From NCBI GenBank assembly GCA_030390025.1, contig JASTWF010000033.1, forward strand, positions 6,388,001 to 6,452,000: a stretch of 64,000 bases of DNA, read 5' to 3'. The stretch's first letter is position 1. Each line of letters opens with the position of its first letter. The DNA is from Squalus acanthias (Eukaryota). A program made the translations under genes and the position numbers. This document shows positions 62,942-64,000 of this stretch, in pieces. The notes under the pieces were generated by a model, which did not search any database, was not told the DNA's origin, and worked only from the letters and a program-made list of their open reading frames with translations.

Positions 62942-64000
62942 GGGGAGGAGCTGAGGATATTAGGTGGGGTGGGGAGGAGCTGTGGATATTAGGTGGGGTG
63001 TGGAGGAGCTGAGGATATTAGGTGGGGTGGGGAGGAGCTGAGGATATTAGGTGGGTTCAGGAGGCGCTGAGGATATTAGTTGGGGTGGGGAGGAGCTGAG
63101 GATATTAGGTGAGGTGGGGAGGAGCTGAGGATATTAGATGGGGTGGGGAGGAGTTTACGATGTTCGATTCATATATCGAAAGTCACAAAGTGAGGCTGAA
63201 GCAAACAGGAGAGCAGTTCTGTTATTTGAAATAAATAGTATCTTCACCAACTTCTTCGAAAAGCAGCAGTACAAAGTGACAATCCAGGAGTTTACTCTGC
63301 AACAAATCCTCAAATTTTCTGATAAAATTCCAAAACCACACACAGTTGTAGATGGCTGCCTTTATTAATTGTTATTGTTTTTTATTCAATAAACTGATGC
63401 TTTGCTTCAAATATTGGAAAGACATTTCTCTACATGACATCTCAGAATAGACAATGGAAACACACAGACTGCGCAGTTAAGTGACAAGTGAACTTTAACA
63501 TAGATGAATGCGAGGCCATGCACTTTGGTCGGAAAATCTAAACATCATGAGGGTAGTGTGGTTGATGATGTGTATATGGACTTTCAAAAGGCGTTTCACA
63601 AAGTACCACGTGACATACCTGGTTATAAAATTCTAGCCCATGGGATTAATGGGACAGGGCAGCATGTATACCAAATTGGCCAAGTGTCAGAAGGCAGAGA
63701 GTAGTGGTGACTGGTTGTTTTTCAGACTGGAGGGAAGTATACAGTGGTGTTCCCCAGGGGTAGCTATTAGGACCAGTGGTCTCTTTGATATATTTTAATG
63801 ACCTAGAGTTGGGTATTGAGGGCATCAAAACTCGGAAATGTAGTACATAATGAGAAAGATAGTCACAGACTTCAGGAGGACGTAAACTGACTGGTCAACA
63901 AGAGAACATAAGAAATAGGAGCAGGAGTAGGCCATTCGGCCCTTGGATCCTGCTCCACCATTCAATATAATCATGGCTGACCTTCGGTTAAAAAGTCATT
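62942..64000 (-). repeat. Inverted duplicate of ~52420-53480 (29-bp satellite edge, unique flank, CR1 fragments)
   Basis: Paired ORFs in opposite orientation with few substitutions (53076+/63343-, 52591+/63828-, 52918-/63504+); the satellite appears as its G-rich strand. Confidence 0.93.

Noticed and set aside
63138..63368. 76-aa ORF next to the satellite followed by AATAAA, possible terminal exon
   Set aside because: Starts within the satellite, no recognisable domain, and the paralogous copy (~53115) has a stop in this frame.

Overview
Repeat-dominated vertebrate genomic DNA, most likely a cartilaginous fish (inferred from the CR1/Penelope/Harbinger repertoire and a GPR139-like receptor of the type expanded in chondrichthyans). 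Left to right: CR1 LINE debris; a 5S rRNA pseudogene; a ~1.95 kb tandem duplication carrying decayed tRNA-Glu and tRNA-Asp genes; a minus-strand, internally deleted endogenous retrovirus (3' LTR, PPT, env, integrase/RNase H) whose env is laid out like a Mononegavirales-type fusion (F) protein rather than a canonical retroviral env (lokiretrovirus/ERV4-like candidate); a ~21 kb 22-bp satellite interrupted by a young Penelope-like element and a CR1; an 18-bp minisatellite; one apparently intact two-exon GPR139-like GPCR gene whose 12.7 kb intron is filled with CR1/Penelope elements; more CR1/L2 debris; a 29-bp G-rich satellite; a decayed two-gene PIF/Harbinger transposon; a fold-back Penelope-derived element with two hammerhead-like motifs; an assembly gap; and an inverted copy of the 52.4-53.5 kb region. 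All family assignments come from motif reading only, with no database searches; boundaries of decayed elements are approximate.
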